Program-made: the position numbers and the translations under genes
The notes under the pieces: model-generated
Database searches by the model: none
Told to the model about the DNA's origin: nothing
The model's input: the letters and a program-made list of their open reading frames with translations, nothing else
Shown: positions 25,049-35,448 of the stretch, one piece after another
How the letters are laid out: every line of letters begins with the position of its first letter
Position numbering within the stretch: the first letter of the stretch is position 1
Source: a virus
Length of the DNA: 64,000 bases
Reading direction: 5' to 3' (one strand)
Virus record (IMG/VR): IMGVR_UViG_3300037511_000359

Positions 25049-25245
25049 GAATCGAACAGCGCCACAACGGAGAGTACCTGGTTGACGTCGAAGGCGACAT
25101 GAATGACTGCATGGAGCGTTCGCCACAGCTCGGGCTTCTGTGTACGCGGCACCTGAACGGCGAGCACGTCAGCGGCGGACACATGACGAGCGACGGCGCG
25201 ATCCGCGTCGTGGTGCGCTGGCCGATGGAAAGGAGCGAGGAATGA
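25045..25245 (+). CDS. hypothetical protein
   Basis: MRIEQRHNGEYLV...RWP; ATGA overlap. Confidence 0.6.
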   Translation: MRIEQRHNGEYLVDVEGDMNDCMERSPQLGLLCTRHLNGEHVSGGHMTSDGAIRVVVRWPMERSEE

Positions 25246-25340
25246 CCTGGCAGGAAGCGGTTGTGCAGGTGGCGCCTTACGTGATGTGGACCGGCGTGGC
25301 GTGGGCAGCAGCGTGGGCTGCGAGGGTGTTGTTCCGATGA
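25242..25340 (+). CDS. single-TM microprotein
   Basis: MTWQEAVVQVAPYVMWTGVAWAAAWAARVLFR, coupled at both ends. Confidence 0.5.
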   Translation: MTWQEAVVQVAPYVMWTGVAWAAAWAARVLFR

Positions 25341-25624
25341 TCAGCGTGAACGATCGGAAAGCGATCTGGACCGGCGAGAACCGCGTGCAGTACGAGTGCG
25401 CTGAGGCGCTCATCGATCAAGCGATACGCGACAGCGAGGACGACACCATCCTCGTCGACGTCTCCAGCGCGACGATAAGTAAGCGCGTCATCGAACGACT
25501 GTGCGAGGCGTACCGCGAGGGCGGATGGATCGTGTCGGTGGTGCCGGTCGACGGACGCGAGCCGGGGCTGTTCCTGGAGCTGCGGGCCGCCGGAGTTCCG
25601 CGTTCCGGTCCGGGAGTCGGGTGA
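25337..25624 (+). CDS. hypothetical protein
   Basis: ATGA coupling. Confidence 0.6.
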   Translation: MISVNDRKAIWTGENRVQYECAEALIDQAIRDSEDDTILVDVSSATISKRVIERLCEAYREGGWIVSVVPVDGREPGLFLELRAAGVPRSGPGVG

Positions 25625-26595
25625 TGCAAGAGCGCACGTTGGGTATGCTGCTGGAGATGGGCGAGCGCGTGGAGCGCGCGAAGTCTGAGGAGCGCCGCGC
25701 CGTGGGCGCATCGACGTCGATGCGGTCGGCGGAGGAGATCGCGCGGGATATGGTCGACATCGATATGTCCCTTTGCACAGGGACGTACTTCGCCGTCATC
25801 CGCGACCGAACCGCTGACGTGGACCTGTGCCTGGAGGACTGCTCCACCGAGGCCGGCGCGCGCGACTCTGCCAAGACCGCGGGAGGTATCATCGCCCGCC
25901 TCATCATGCAGCGCGACGCCGAGCACGCAGCCATCGCCGGGGAATCGGCCAGCGGACGCGTGTGGGCCGGTCGCGTGCGCGATGACGGAAGCGTCGTGAT
26001 CTACGCCGGCAACGTGCCGGTCGCAGGGCTCGGCGCCGCCGAGGTGCAGAAACTGGCGGCCGAAGCGCTCGCCGCCCAGCAGCCACGCGACCTTGCCTCT
26101 CCTGAATCTCGCGACCAGGCGCACGTCGAGGCGATTGATCACTACCGCGAGGGACTGTGCCGGATCTGGCAAGGCGAAGCGGATCCGCGCAGCATCGCAG
26201 CCGACTACCTCGGAGAGGATCCGATGCCGCAGTCCCGCGACCTCGTCACCGAGGAGACGCCGACCGAACAGGAGGCGCGGCATCGCCGTGCGCTACGTGC
26301 AGCGCGCGGGGAGGCGCACGAAGCGGCAGCCTGGGCCGACGAGCAGCCCCTCGACCTCGCCGGCCGCATCCGCGTGCTGGTACAGGAGTACGCGGGGCGG
26401 TGGGCGGACGCGGACGATGGCGCCGCCGACGAGCGGCTGCACGACCTCATGGAGCGCCTGGTCCAGGCCGCAGCGTTCGCGCGTCGGGGCGCTTCCCTGG
26501 CGCTGCTGATCGACGACATGCGCGCGGCGCACCCGGCCGCCGCCGCCTACCTCGAGGCCATCGTGCGCGAGTGCGCTGCGCAGGAGCGGCGATGA
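25624..26595 (+). CDS. hypothetical protein
   Basis: MQERTLGMLLEM...; long ORF with TGATG coupling. Confidence 0.6.
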   Translation: MQERTLGMLLEMGERVERAKSEERRAVGASTSMRSAEEIARDMVDIDMSLCTGTYFAVIRDRTADVDLCLEDCSTEAGARDSAKTAGGIIARLIMQRDAEHAAIAGESASGRVWAGRVRDDGSVVIYAGNVPVAGLGAAEVQKLAAEALAAQQPRDLASPESRDQAHVEAIDHYREGLCRIWQGEADPRSIAADYLGEDPMPQSRDLVTEETPTEQEARHRRALRAARGEAHEAAAWADEQPLDLAGRIRVLVQEYAGRWADADDGAADERLHDLMERLVQAAAFARRGASLALLIDDMRAAHPAAAAYLEAIVRECAAQERR

Positions 26596-26744
26596 GCCGC
26601 CGCGCTCGTCGTCAGCGCTGCATCGGCGACCGATCCGCGCGTCGCAGAACAAGCGCGATGGCTCGCGGAGAGGCTGACGGCGCAGGCGAAGGGGTATCTG
26701 TTTCATGCGAAGGACATCGCGTATGAGGCGAACGGAGGACGGAA

Positions 26745-26918
26745 GTGAATCACACGAAGAGGTCCGCGCTGCACGGCTCGATCGCTACGGCGCTCGGTGT
26801 GGCTCTGCTCGTCTTGAACACGAGCAAGTCCAGCGAGGTATGCACCATCGTCTTCATGCTGCTGAACGCGGCGTGCTGCGGATGGTTTGCGCGTGGTCCA
26901 GGCAAGGGTGAGCGATGA
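26745..26918 (+). CDS. small 2-TM protein
   Basis: Hand translation MNHTKRSALHGSIATALGVALLVL...IVFMLLNAACCGWF; coupled at both ends. Confidence 0.5.
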   Translation: MNHTKRSALHGSIATALGVALLVLNTSKSSEVCTIVFMLLNAACCGWFARGPGKGER

Positions 26919-28579
26919 CCAGCCAGCGCATCGAGGTGCATCACGGGCGCGAGTACATCGTCGATGGTGACACGACTCGCGACTGTCGTTGTATGGACTG
27001 CGCTTCATCCTCTGCGCCTTTGCGATCTCCACTGGATCGCGGAGCATGCGAACTCGCATGTCCCGGGTGCGGCGATGTTCTTGTTGAAGGCTCGTCGCCG
27101 TACGTCGCTGGTCAAAGAGAACTTCGATGCTGCACGTGTCGATCGCGCTACGAGATCGGGACGATGCGCGAACTGCGTCTGCCGAGCGATGTAGCGAGAC
27201 CATCCAAGCCCGACTCGGTGCGCACCGGCCAACTCTGGCGCGTCGAGCGCTACAGCGAGCCGTCGATGGAGGTGCGCTACTTCAACCATCGCGGACAGGC
27301 TGAACTGTACGGGTCGGCGCCTGGCTGCGCGCCGTTCCTCGCTGATCCGCGCGAGATGCTGACGAGCAACGAGTGGACGTACCTGGGGGAGAGCGAGGAG
27401 GCGATGATGGGCGACAAGAACGGGTGCGGATATTGGGGCGAGGCGACGTGCAACGAGATGCCGAAGGACTGCGGGTCGACGGAGAGTGGACCCACGGCGC
27501 GCGACGCGGTGGCCGGGATGCTGCTGCGCGCACACTGGGGCGACACGGCGGAGGAACTCGCGCACGGCGAGCTCGAACCGTCTGCCGCCATCAAGCGCAT
27601 CCGGGATTTCTACCCCGGTCAGCCCACCGTGCTCGACGCCGCCTGCATCGCCGCGCTCGAGGCGCTGGACCGGGGCGGGCTCCACGGCGCGCGCGACTAC
27701 AGCGGGATCGCCGCCGTCAACCAACGACTGAGGCGCGAGCGAGACGAGGCGCGCGCGGAGGTCAAGCAACTGCGACAGGAAGTCGAGGAGTGGCGCGGCG
27801 CCGCCGAGATGCTGGCGAACTCGAAGAAGTCGCTCGTTGTCGCGGTGTGCGAAGCGATCGGCGTGAAGGCGTCGCCTTCGGTGGATCTCGTGCGCGAAGT
27901 TGCGCGGGCTCGCGACGCTGCGTACCAGCGAGGTCAGGAGGAGATGCGAGAATGGGCGTCGACGTGGTGCGACAGCGAGGCCAGTCGGATGCAGCACCGA
28001 GGAGAACATCCGCATGCGTCGATGCTATGGCGCGCGTACCAGGAGATACGGGCGATCCCAATCGCAAACGCGCCCACGCAGGACGCGGAGACGGGCAGGC
28101 CCGCAGACCTCGCGTCGCTGTGGGCGCTGTCGGATACGTGGGAGGCCTCGCGTGAGCGACTGCGCGCGGAGGCGTCAGATCCTATGAGACATGAAGCGCT
28201 GCGATGCGCCGACGCGGGCGAGGCTCGTGCATTCGACGTCGCAGTGCGCGAGTTGCGAACTGCGCTGAGCGCGCTGCGCACCGAACCAAACGCGCCGACC
28301 GCCTCCGCGAGCGAGGATACCGGGGAGGCAGACCGGCGCGGAACAGCGGAGACGGCCGGCGCGGGAGAGAGCGTAGCACGGGGGAGAGATGATGCGAGTG
28401 CGCGTGTGCCGCAGATGGGTGACATCGTCATCTATCAAGGCGCGCTGCGCGCTGTGCCGGCCGTCGTGCTGAATGTGCGAGAAGATCTCTCGATCGACCT
28501 GCGCGAACTGTCCGACTTCGGTTACCGTGAGCGCGTGCCGCGGGGGATCGCACCGGCGACCTGGCGCTTCCGCGATTGA
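26915..28579 (+). CDS. large mosaic hypothetical protein
   Basis: 554 aa with Zn-ribbon motifs (CPGC, CCTC), coiled coil and a C-terminal SH3-like segment. Confidence 0.6.
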   Translation: MTSQRIEVHHGREYIVDGDTTRDCRCMDCASSSAPLRSPLDRGACELACPGCGDVLVEGSSPYVAGQRELRCCTCRSRYEIGTMRELRLPSDVARPSKPDSVRTGQLWRVERYSEPSMEVRYFNHRGQAELYGSAPGCAPFLADPREMLTSNEWTYLGESEEAMMGDKNGCGYWGEATCNEMPKDCGSTESGPTARDAVAGMLLRAHWGDTAEELAHGELEPSAAIKRIRDFYPGQPTVLDAACIAALEALDRGGLHGARDYSGIAAVNQRLRRERDEARAEVKQLRQEVEEWRGAAEMLANSKKSLVVAVCEAIGVKASPSVDLVREVARARDAAYQRGQEEMREWASTWCDSEASRMQHRGEHPHASMLWRAYQEIRAIPIANAPTQDAETGRPADLASLWALSDTWEASRERLRAEASDPMRHEALRCADAGEARAFDVAVRELRTALSALRTEPNAPTASASEDTGEADRRGTAETAGAGESVARGRDDASARVPQMGDIVIYQGALRAVPAVVLNVREDLSIDLRELSDFGYRERVPRGIAPATWRFRD

Positions 28580-28678
28580 CACATGCTCGACTTCATCCTC
28601 TGCGCCGCGCTCATCGTCGCGACTGCGGCGCTCGACAACTGGTATCGGATCCATGGGCGATGATGTGCTACGGTACGA

Positions 28679-28930
28679 ATGTGTGATGCGCGGGCGAGCG
28701 CGATGAGGTGCGGTATGAAGGCCGAGGGTATTACAAGAGACGAAGTCCTGCATGCGGTCGCAGACGACGGGCGGTTCTTCGTGGTGGTGTCGAAGATTCG
28801 GATCATAAAGGGCAACCCGCTGCTTGATGAGCGCATCATCGATCGCGCGCTCCAGCGCGAGCGGCGCGCGGGCGTTATCGAATCTGTGGCGCGACGATGG
28901 CGCGCGGTGGAGGGTCGCAGTGATGGGTGA
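28679..28930 (+). CDS. hypothetical protein
   Basis: Coding-like frame overlapping the next start; start uncertain. Confidence 0.45.
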   Translation: MCDARASAMRCGMKAEGITRDEVLHAVADDGRFFVVVSKIRIIKGNPLLDERIIDRALQRERRAGVIESVARRWRAVEGRSDG

Positions 28931-30533
28931 GCAGGTGAAGTTCGAAGCGGGGCAGGTGGTGCGGTACGGCGGGCGCTCGGCGAGCTACGTCCCGATGCTC
29001 GTCCTCGGGCACGAGGACGACGGTAGGCCGCGCTTTGAGGCGCTGGGGTTCGGGATGGTCTGCATCAGCAATGCGGAGCCGCCGGAGATCCTCTCCCCCG
29101 CTCCGTGCATGGGCGACTCGTGGACGAGCGGCGAGTCCGTCGTGTGCGTCGAACTCGACGACTCCGGCGTGTCCTCGTACGCGCGCCTGCGCATCGTCAG
29201 CCAGGGCGAGCCGTTCGTCGGCGACGTCGTCGCGGTTGCGCGACGGCTGTGGGAGGGCGGGTATCGTCGGGTGGAGCGCGAGTCGGTGCAGGTGAATACC
29301 GACGAAACGAAGCGTCTGCGTGCAGAGTACGAGCGGCGCGGATACGTCACGCTGAACGACCTGAAGGCGCGCGGGCTGTCGTACGACGAGAAGCAGATCC
29401 GACACTTCGGCCAGCAGATTGAGTCGATCGTGAAGCTTGCCGCCGCGACCGGCCTCTCCACGCAGGATGTTGCCGACGCTGTTGCGCGCGTCATGGACAC
29501 CGAACTGACAAATCATGTCCGCGAGCAAGCGCAGAAGTGGATCGGGAGCAGCTTGCTCTGTTTTCGCGCATTGGACTCGTTCGTGGCGGCGCAGGCGCGC
29601 ATTGATTCTACGTTGTCGGAGGCCGTGGCGCTGATCGCCGATGCGCAATTGCCTCGCGCTGGCGAGGTCTGGAACAACAGTACAACAGCGATTGAGTTAC
29701 AGGAATGCTCTCAAGGCCTGAGTACGCGGGTTCTTGTATCCGCTGAGCATTCGCCATTGCTTCACGTCGGAGAAGCTCGCTGCGCTGCGGAGTTCCTGGT
29801 CCAGCAGGGCTACAAGCGATCGACTGCCGACGTAGCGCAGGCGGCTCGGCGATGTGCGCAAAAGAACGAGCAAACCGCAGTGGAAAGCATCCAGCGAATA
29901 CTCGACACCGCGCGCGCCGAGCGCGCGACCGGCGACGGCTTGCGCAAACTCGTCGAGCCGCACGGCGTCGTGCCGGAACTGCGTGCGGGGATGGTGGTGC
30001 GTCGGTCGAAGGAGCGCGACATTCGATTCGGCCGCGTCACCTGCGTTGACGCTCAGTACGTCGTCGTCCGATGGACAGGCATAGACGAGCCCGCAGTGCA
30101 TTCCATAAGCCACGCCCAGCGGTGTATCGCCGACGGCCGCTGGCGCATCGTCACGACCGACGTCGCTCCACTCGCCTCCATCGCCTACGCCGTCGCTGCG
30201 ATCTTCACGCAGCCCGACCGCGCGACGTCGCGCCGGTACGTCGACATCGCGTGCGCGCAGCTGCGCGGCGAGCCGTTCGCGGAGGCGGTGCGTGCCGTGT
30301 TGGTCGCGGCGTCGGAGTCGAAGCCGTCGATGAGCCCGCATGACATCGCATCGATCATCCAGTGCTGTCGCGCTCACGAGCGCCGACGCGAGACGATCGC
30401 ACCGGGTCGCCGCGTGCTCACCGACGAGCAGCTCGACCGCTGCGTCGACACGGTCTGGAACGCGAACCCGACCGGCTGGTGCACTGCCTACGCGCGCGTC
30501 TACGAGCGCGCGCGTCCGTCCTGCCGAACCTGA
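28923..30533 (+). CDS. large mosaic hypothetical protein
   Basis: Long ORF with several short beta-rich modules. Confidence 0.6.
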   Translation: MGEQVKFEAGQVVRYGGRSASYVPMLVLGHEDDGRPRFEALGFGMVCISNAEPPEILSPAPCMGDSWTSGESVVCVELDDSGVSSYARLRIVSQGEPFVGDVVAVARRLWEGGYRRVERESVQVNTDETKRLRAEYERRGYVTLNDLKARGLSYDEKQIRHFGQQIESIVKLAAATGLSTQDVADAVARVMDTELTNHVREQAQKWIGSSLLCFRALDSFVAAQARIDSTLSEAVALIADAQLPRAGEVWNNSTTAIELQECSQGLSTRVLVSAEHSPLLHVGEARCAAEFLVQQGYKRSTADVAQAARRCAQKNEQTAVESIQRILDTARAERATGDGLRKLVEPHGVVPELRAGMVVRRSKERDIRFGRVTCVDAQYVVVRWTGIDEPAVHSISHAQRCIADGRWRIVTTDVAPLASIAYAVAAIFTQPDRATSRRYVDIACAQLRGEPFAEAVRAVLVAASESKPSMSPHDIASIIQCCRAHERRRETIAPGRRVLTDEQLDRCVDTVWNANPTGWCTAYARVYERARPSCRT

Positions 30534-30768
30534 CTGCGCGGTCAATATCGCTGCGCCGCAGCAGTACAGCCGGAGCATCCGGCAAACACACAGGTCAGTA
30601 ACCGCGCACACGGCGCCGTAGCGAAACGCCACACCGCGCTGCATTCCTGTGAGCGCGCGAACCGTCTCACCTCGTCGTTGAATCTCCACAATCGCGCGTG
30701 CAACGAACCGTCCGCGGACGCATGCTACGACGTCCGTGGGGCGTACGTCCGACGTAGGGGAGGCCACG

Positions 30769-30993
30769 ATGGGCAGCATGGTCGAGGGGACGGGGTGGTC
30801 GATGGAAGAGCACGGCGCGTCGAGCGACGCGGAGTGCGTGTGGCTGTACGCGCTGGGGCCGCGTGCGGTGCGCATCGCGCTGACGTACGATGGCCGGAGC
30901 GTGCTGCGCACGGTGCCGTGCGAGGTACTGGCGCACGTGCTGCGGGTGCAGGGGTATGAGGTCGTGGAGAGAGCGGCGGAGGCGGCGGAGTGA
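30769..30993 (+). CDS. hypothetical protein
   Basis: GGAGG RBS. Confidence 0.55.
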   Translation: MGSMVEGTGWSMEEHGASSDAECVWLYALGPRAVRIALTYDGRSVLRTVPCEVLAHVLRVQGYEVVERAAEAAE

Positions 30994-31006
30994 GCGAGGA
31001 GAGGTG

Positions 31007-31378
31007 ATGAACGAGATCGTGATCCACATTCACGCCAACACGGACGCCGAACTCCGCGAGCAGATCGACGCAGCGCGAGCGCGTGGGAAGCTGGTACAGC
31101 TCGACATCAAGCGCAATGTGCAGCGTCAGTACTTCCTCAGGCGAGGCTCGCGTCTCGTTGGCGAAGGCGGCAGCGCGACCGTGATCGTCGAAGTCGACGG
31201 TGTGGCGCCGCCTCTGTCGCCGCGCGATCGACTGTATGTCGATATGGTGCGCGGTCGCGCGCTGACATCTGCGCACGCGGAGGCGGTCGCGGATGTCGTG
31301 CATCGGCTGGAGTCGAGCGACAACGAGCAGGCCTCTGCGGTGATGCGGCAGTTGGCGAAGCAGGCGGGTGTGCTGTGA
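31007..31378 (+). CDS. hypothetical protein
   Basis: GAGG RBS; MNEIVIHIH... Confidence 0.6.
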   Translation: MNEIVIHIHANTDAELREQIDAARARGKLVQLDIKRNVQRQYFLRRGSRLVGEGGSATVIVEVDGVAPPLSPRDRLYVDMVRGRALTSAHAEAVADVVHRLESSDNEQASAVMRQLAKQAGVL

Positions 31379-31623
31379 TGCGCTGGCTCATCAACCGCAT
31401 CGAGCGATACGCGGCGCGCCGCGACCTGAAGTTTCGCCTCAGTGTTCTCGGCGTACCGTACTGGCCGTGGGACAGCGATGCGGACCTTCGGCGTCGTCTC
31501 GACTGCGCAATGATGTACGGGTATCCGAGCGAGCGCGCCGATTCGCGCTGGCTCGCGACGGTCGAGGGGCACATGATGATGGCGGAGGTGCGGCTGATGC
31601 GCGCGCTGGGGATGGTGAAGTGA
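31378..31623 (+). CDS. hypothetical protein
   Basis: TGATG coupling. Confidence 0.55.
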   Translation: MRWLINRIERYAARRDLKFRLSVLGVPYWPWDSDADLRRRLDCAMMYGYPSERADSRWLATVEGHMMMAEVRLMRALGMVK

Positions 31624-31741
31624 TGCGCGAAGGACGCGTGGCGAACGTGGCGCTGTCGCGCGAACTGGGCGGCGCGGTGCCCGCCCCATGGCGTATGTGG
31701 ACCGCGAACGGAGGACCGTTGCACATCAAGGATCCGCGTCG

Positions 31742-31984
31742 ATGATCTACGCCGACGGCCACGACCCGATCGCCGATCTGATGCGCGCGTTCACCAGCGT
31801 CGCGCAGCCCACGCAATTCGTCGTCGCAGGCGGCTACTGCTACGTGCCCGACGATGGAGAGGAGCACTACCTCGCGCACGAGGCCGCAGCGGAGGGCTTC
31901 CACGTCGTGCGCTACCCGGTCGCGCCGACGCATGCGAGCGTGCGCGTAGCGCGTACTGCACTTGGTGCGGGGTTGCTGAGATGA
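31742..31984 (+). CDS. hypothetical protein
   Basis: ATGA coupling. Confidence 0.55.
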   Translation: MIYADGHDPIADLMRAFTSVAQPTQFVVAGGYCYVPDDGEEHYLAHEAAAEGFHVVRYPVAPTHASVRVARTALGAGLLR

Positions 31985-32337
31985 GCGCCGACACACCTGC
32001 CGTGATGCTGACCGGACCCGCCGACGTCGACATCACGTACGACGCGATCTGCATGCTTGCGGTCAGCGCTGCACTGCAGCTGGAGCGAGCGACGTCCGAC
32101 GTCGCTCGCGGTCCGCTGAGGCTTCGGTGTGCGGCGCTCGGAGCCCTGCTGCTCGCGGAACTTGGGGCGCGGTCGCTGAGTTCGTACGTCGGCGGCGACC
32201 ACTTCGCTGGCGTCATGATCCGGGGCGACGAGAACGATGCGGAACTGCGTCGGCACGCGCCCCTGCTGCGACGCCTGGGATGGCGCGTGCCCGACGAACG
32301 GCGGCACTGGTTGCTTGTGAGGTACGCTGAGCCATGA
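31981..32337 (+). CDS. hypothetical protein
   Basis: ATGA coupling at both ends. Confidence 0.6.
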   Translation: MSADTPAVMLTGPADVDITYDAICMLAVSAALQLERATSDVARGPLRLRCAALGALLLAELGARSLSSYVGGDHFAGVMIRGDENDAELRRHAPLLRRLGWRVPDERRHWLLVRYAEP

Positions 32338-32615
32338 TCGACCCCTACGAACGCCACATCCTCGCCCTCTCCGCCGCGCTCCTCGCCGAGCGCGCCGTAT
32401 CCGCCGTGCGCACGCCGCCCGTGTGCGCGTTCCTGCGCAGCTTTCGCGAGTCCGTCGGGCGCGCGAACATCAGCGTCGGCGGCGTGTCGGTGAGCCTTGG
32501 GCAGGAGCGCGAGCGTTCACCGGCACGGATCCGCGAGGGGTGGATCTCGACGGAGAGGTTGACGGATGCGCGCGATGTGTTACGATGCGGGAATGAGCGA
32601 GGCGAAGAGCGGTGA
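32334..32615 (+). CDS. hypothetical protein
   Basis: ATGA coupling. Confidence 0.55.
   Translation: MIDPYERHILALSAALLAERAVSAVRTPPVCAFLRSFRESVGRANISVGGVSVSLGQERERSPARIREGWISTERLTDARDVLRCGNERGEER
32559..32586 (+). promoter_or_regulatory. leaderless promoter, class A
   Basis: TTGACG-N16(ending TGTGT)-TACGAT-N6-ATG(32593). Confidence 0.65.
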
Positions 32616-32895
32616 AAATGGCGTGGACATGGCGTCGATGCTCGCTGCGTCTGCGTTCAAGGTGGGTGATGTTGTCGAGGTGACGCACCCGATTTACTCA
32701 GGGCTGGCAGAGATCGTGTCCGCGGGCTGGCTGGAGAACCGCCGATGGCGCAGCGGAGGGCCGTCGCACTACCTCGTGTGGCTCGTGAGCCCGCAGTCGG
32801 AGAACTGGCCTGGCATCGTCGACATCATCGACCCGATGTACGTCATCGTCGGGCGAGGCCGGAGCATGCGCGCGGCGCGGGAGAGCGAGCGATGA
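32593..32895 (+). CDS. hypothetical protein (SH3-like FKVGDVV motif)
   Basis: Leaderless ATG. Confidence 0.6.
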   Translation: MSEAKSGENGVDMASMLAASAFKVGDVVEVTHPIYSGLAEIVSAGWLENRRWRSGGPSHYLVWLVSPQSENWPGIVDIIDPMYVIVGRGRSMRAARESER

Positions 32896-33371
32896 CCGAC
32901 CGTAAGACCAGCGAAAAGTGGGTCGCGATCGACGCGCACACGCGGTCGATTGTCGTCGACGGCGTGCGCTCGGTCATGGACAGCGAGTTCGTGTCCAGTT
33001 CCGCCGCGAGGAGGCATGTCGCTGCGGCGTACAGCGCCGCCGCAGACGCGCTTGAAGACATGTCGCGCATGAACGACATGGACGCGGAGCGCACGCGCAT
33101 ACGTCGCGAACTCGCGATTGGGTCGGCCGCACGCTGCTACCATCGCTGCCTGAGCCGCGTCGCGCAGGCGAAGATCGACCCGGATGCGCGCGAGTGGCTC
33201 ACTAGCCTCGCGACCGAGGGGCGCGCCGCTGGGGACGACATCATAAAGGAGGCCGGCATGGACCCGAGCGAGCATCCGATGGCCGAAAGCGTGCGAGCGC
33301 ACGGCGTGTTGTTCGATCTGGTGCGGTGGCCTGAGTGGGAAGTCGAGCAGTCGACAACTGAGGAGCTATGA
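32892..33371 (+). CDS. hypothetical protein
   Basis: ATGA coupling. Confidence 0.6.
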   Translation: MTDRKTSEKWVAIDAHTRSIVVDGVRSVMDSEFVSSSAARRHVAAAYSAAADALEDMSRMNDMDAERTRIRRELAIGSAARCYHRCLSRVAQAKIDPDAREWLTSLATEGRAAGDDIIKEAGMDPSEHPMAESVRAHGVLFDLVRWPEWEVEQSTTEEL

Positions 33372-33604
33372 GACGCCGCTACCAAGCGCCGAGGAACGGG
33401 TGGGGTCGTGCCGTGAGCGCCCTCGGCATCGAGTGTTACGTGCTGATCGTTGGCGGTCATCTGAGGGGCCGCATTGAGCGTCGCTCGCAGTACGAGCCGT
33501 GGAGCATCGACGCGATGACGATGGTCGATCGGAAGCGCGTGCGGGCGCAGATCTGGCGACGCTGCGACGCGAAGCGCTGGGTGGAAGCGAGGAGGGCAAG
33601 ATGA
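33368..33604 (+). CDS. hypothetical protein
   Basis: C-terminal RRCDAKRWVE motif shared with 36331-36705. Confidence 0.55.
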   Translation: MRRRYQAPRNGWGRAVSALGIECYVLIVGGHLRGRIERRSQYEPWSIDAMTMVDRKRVRAQIWRRCDAKRWVEARRAR

Positions 33605-33915
33605 CCACCGCCACAGCCGTCTACTACCAGCCCGCCGGTCGTCTGATCTTATACGTCGCCGACCGTCTGCCTGGCACCGAGGTGAGCCTGCGCGAGGTCC
33701 ACGGATGGCGCGGCATGCGCATCGACGAGGCAGCCGTGCCGGAGTGGCTCGAGGAACTCGGCGCGGTCGACAGTGACATCGGACCTGAGGGCTGGATGGC
33801 GCTCCGCGACGGCGTGCACGCGGCGCAGGACCACGACGGGCGCGTGGAGGCGGTGCGCACTGCGAAGGAGCGCGCGAGCGTGTACGGACCGGCGGGCAGT
33901 CGCTCCGCATCGTGA
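33601..33915 (+). CDS. hypothetical protein
   Basis: ATGA coupling. Confidence 0.6.
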   Translation: MTTATAVYYQPAGRLILYVADRLPGTEVSLREVHGWRGMRIDEAAVPEWLEELGAVDSDIGPEGWMALRDGVHAAQDHDGRVEAVRTAKERASVYGPAGSRSAS

Positions 33916-34436
33916 TCCTCCTCCTCCGCGGCGCGCCCGGCGCCGGCAAATCGACGACCGCAGCCGCGCTCTCCGCGTGCCTCGGCGCCCCTCCGCGGAT
34001 CGCTGTCGTCGAGGTCGACGACCTGCGCGGCGACCTGTGGCACGTGCCGTCCGCGTTGCGTCTCGACGACGGCGAGCGCCACCACCTGGCGCTCGCGCAG
34101 GCGGCGCGCATCGCTCTGGCGCTGCTCGGCGCTGGCGTGCGCAGCGTCGTTGTGGTCGACACGTTCAGCGCGCGCGGCGTCGAGGCGTTCCGTGCCGCGC
34201 TGCGGTGCTCGACCGAGGTACGCGAGGTCGTACTGCACGCGGAGCCGGAGGAGCACGCGCGCCGGCTGGAGACGCGGGAGGGTGCGCACGCGTTCCGCGA
34301 TGCGCGGGTCGCGCTGGCGATGGCGCGTGAGCTGCTGAGCGACGGGCTGGCGCGCGAGCATCGCGCGGTGCGGACGACGGGCGCGAGCGCTGTGGATGTG
34401 GCGTCGCAGATCGCGGCGATGCTGGATGCCGGTTGA
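33912..34436 (+). CDS. P-loop kinase (AAA_33 / nucleotide-kinase-like)
   Basis: LLLRGAPGAGKSTTA, VEVDDLR, VVVVDT, HARRLETRE. Confidence 0.75.
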   Translation: MILLLRGAPGAGKSTTAAALSACLGAPPRIAVVEVDDLRGDLWHVPSALRLDDGERHHLALAQAARIALALLGAGVRSVVVVDTFSARGVEAFRAALRCSTEVREVVLHAEPEEHARRLETREGAHAFRDARVALAMARELLSDGLAREHRAVRTTGASAVDVASQIAAMLDAG

Positions 34437-34460
34437 CATGCGCGTCGGATGAGTTAATGT
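34433..34460 (+). promoter_or_regulatory. leaderless promoter
   Basis: TTGACA-N16-TAATGT-N7-ATG(34468). Confidence 0.65.
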
Positions 34461-34467
34461 GTTACGT

Positions 34468-34740
34468 ATGAGAAACGTAGAGGTGAAGCGCGAGTCCGAC
34501 TTGGAGATCCTGACCTACGGGTTCGCTTACGACGACCGCAAGCACGTTCTCTACCTGACGGAGCTCACGCGCGAGATCAGACCGTCCAAGAGGCACAAGT
34601 TTCGGGTGGTGAGCAAGTGGAACAGTTGGGGAACCTACCGCGGCACCGACACGAAGACAGCGTCGAAAGATGTGTGCGAAGAAGCGCTGCGCATGTTCGT
34701 CGAGTCGCTGAAGGTCGATGGAGAGGGGCCGGCGCGATGA
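34468..34740 (+). CDS. hypothetical protein (leaderless)
   Basis: ATG at promoter +1. Confidence 0.65.
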   Translation: MRNVEVKRESDLEILTYGFAYDDRKHVLYLTELTREIRPSKRHKFRVVSKWNSWGTYRGTDTKTASKDVCEEALRMFVESLKVDGEGPAR

Positions 34741-34949
34741 CCCGCCGCGGCGAGCAGACGCGTATCCGAGACTGGACGCTCAACCTGTACTACGTCGAGC
34801 GCTGCCCGCGCGATCAGGCCGACCGTTCCGGATGGGTCGCGTACGCAGAGCACGCGATCGGCGCGATGGTGTCGCCGCGTCCGCTGCCGGAACAGCGGTA
34901 CGACGCGGCGCGCGCGGATTACGACAGACTGATGGAGTTGGTGAGATGA
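34737..34949 (+). CDS. hypothetical protein
   Basis: ATGA coupling. Confidence 0.6.
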   Translation: MTRRGEQTRIRDWTLNLYYVERCPRDQADRSGWVAYAEHAIGAMVSPRPLPEQRYDAARADYDRLMELVR

Positions 34950-35161
34950 CACCCGAACAGCAAGAGATGCTTCGCGAAGCGATCATTGCGCTCGACGAGG
35001 AGTACACGACCATGCTCGTCGACCCCGATGACGTGATCGCGCTCCTGCGTCGCGTGGAGGAGCTCGAGGCGCGCGTCGAGGAACTGCGACGCAGGTACGA
35101 GCCGACGATGGCAGAGCAGGTCGAGGACATGGACGCGCAGGCGGGCGCCTGCTGGGGATAG
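34946..35161 (+). CDS. hypothetical coiled-coil protein
   Basis: ATGA coupling. Confidence 0.6.
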   Translation: MTPEQQEMLREAIIALDEEYTTMLVDPDDVIALLRRVEELEARVEELRRRYEPTMAEQVEDMDAQAGACWG

Positions 35162-35171
35162 GAGCGAGGCG

Positions 35172-35413
35172 ATGAACAAGGATAACGACATCGAGTGGCG
35201 CTCAGGCAACTCGTCGCGGTCGAAAAGATCGACCATGTTCGAAGACCGAGCGACGGGTGCGACGTGTACCGCGCGAAGCGACCGCCGAACAACCCGGACA
35301 TGTGGCAGCGCGTGCTCGTACTCGAAGCCGAGATGCAGAAACTAGTCGAGCGCGTTGCCGAACTGACGCGGACGGTCGACGACCGCACCGGCCCGCGTAG
35401 CAACCGCGAGTAG
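35172..35413 (+). CDS. hypothetical protein, possible frameshift near 35193
   Basis: RBS+ATG at 35172 is out of frame with the coding-like ORF 35195-35413. Confidence 0.4.
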
Positions 35414-35441
35414 TTGACACACACGCCAGACGTGTTACTAT
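35414..35441 (+). promoter_or_regulatory. leaderless promoter, class A
   Basis: TTGACA-N16(ending CGTGT)-TACTAT-N7-ATG(35449). Confidence 0.7.
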
Positions 35442-35448
35442 ACTGCTC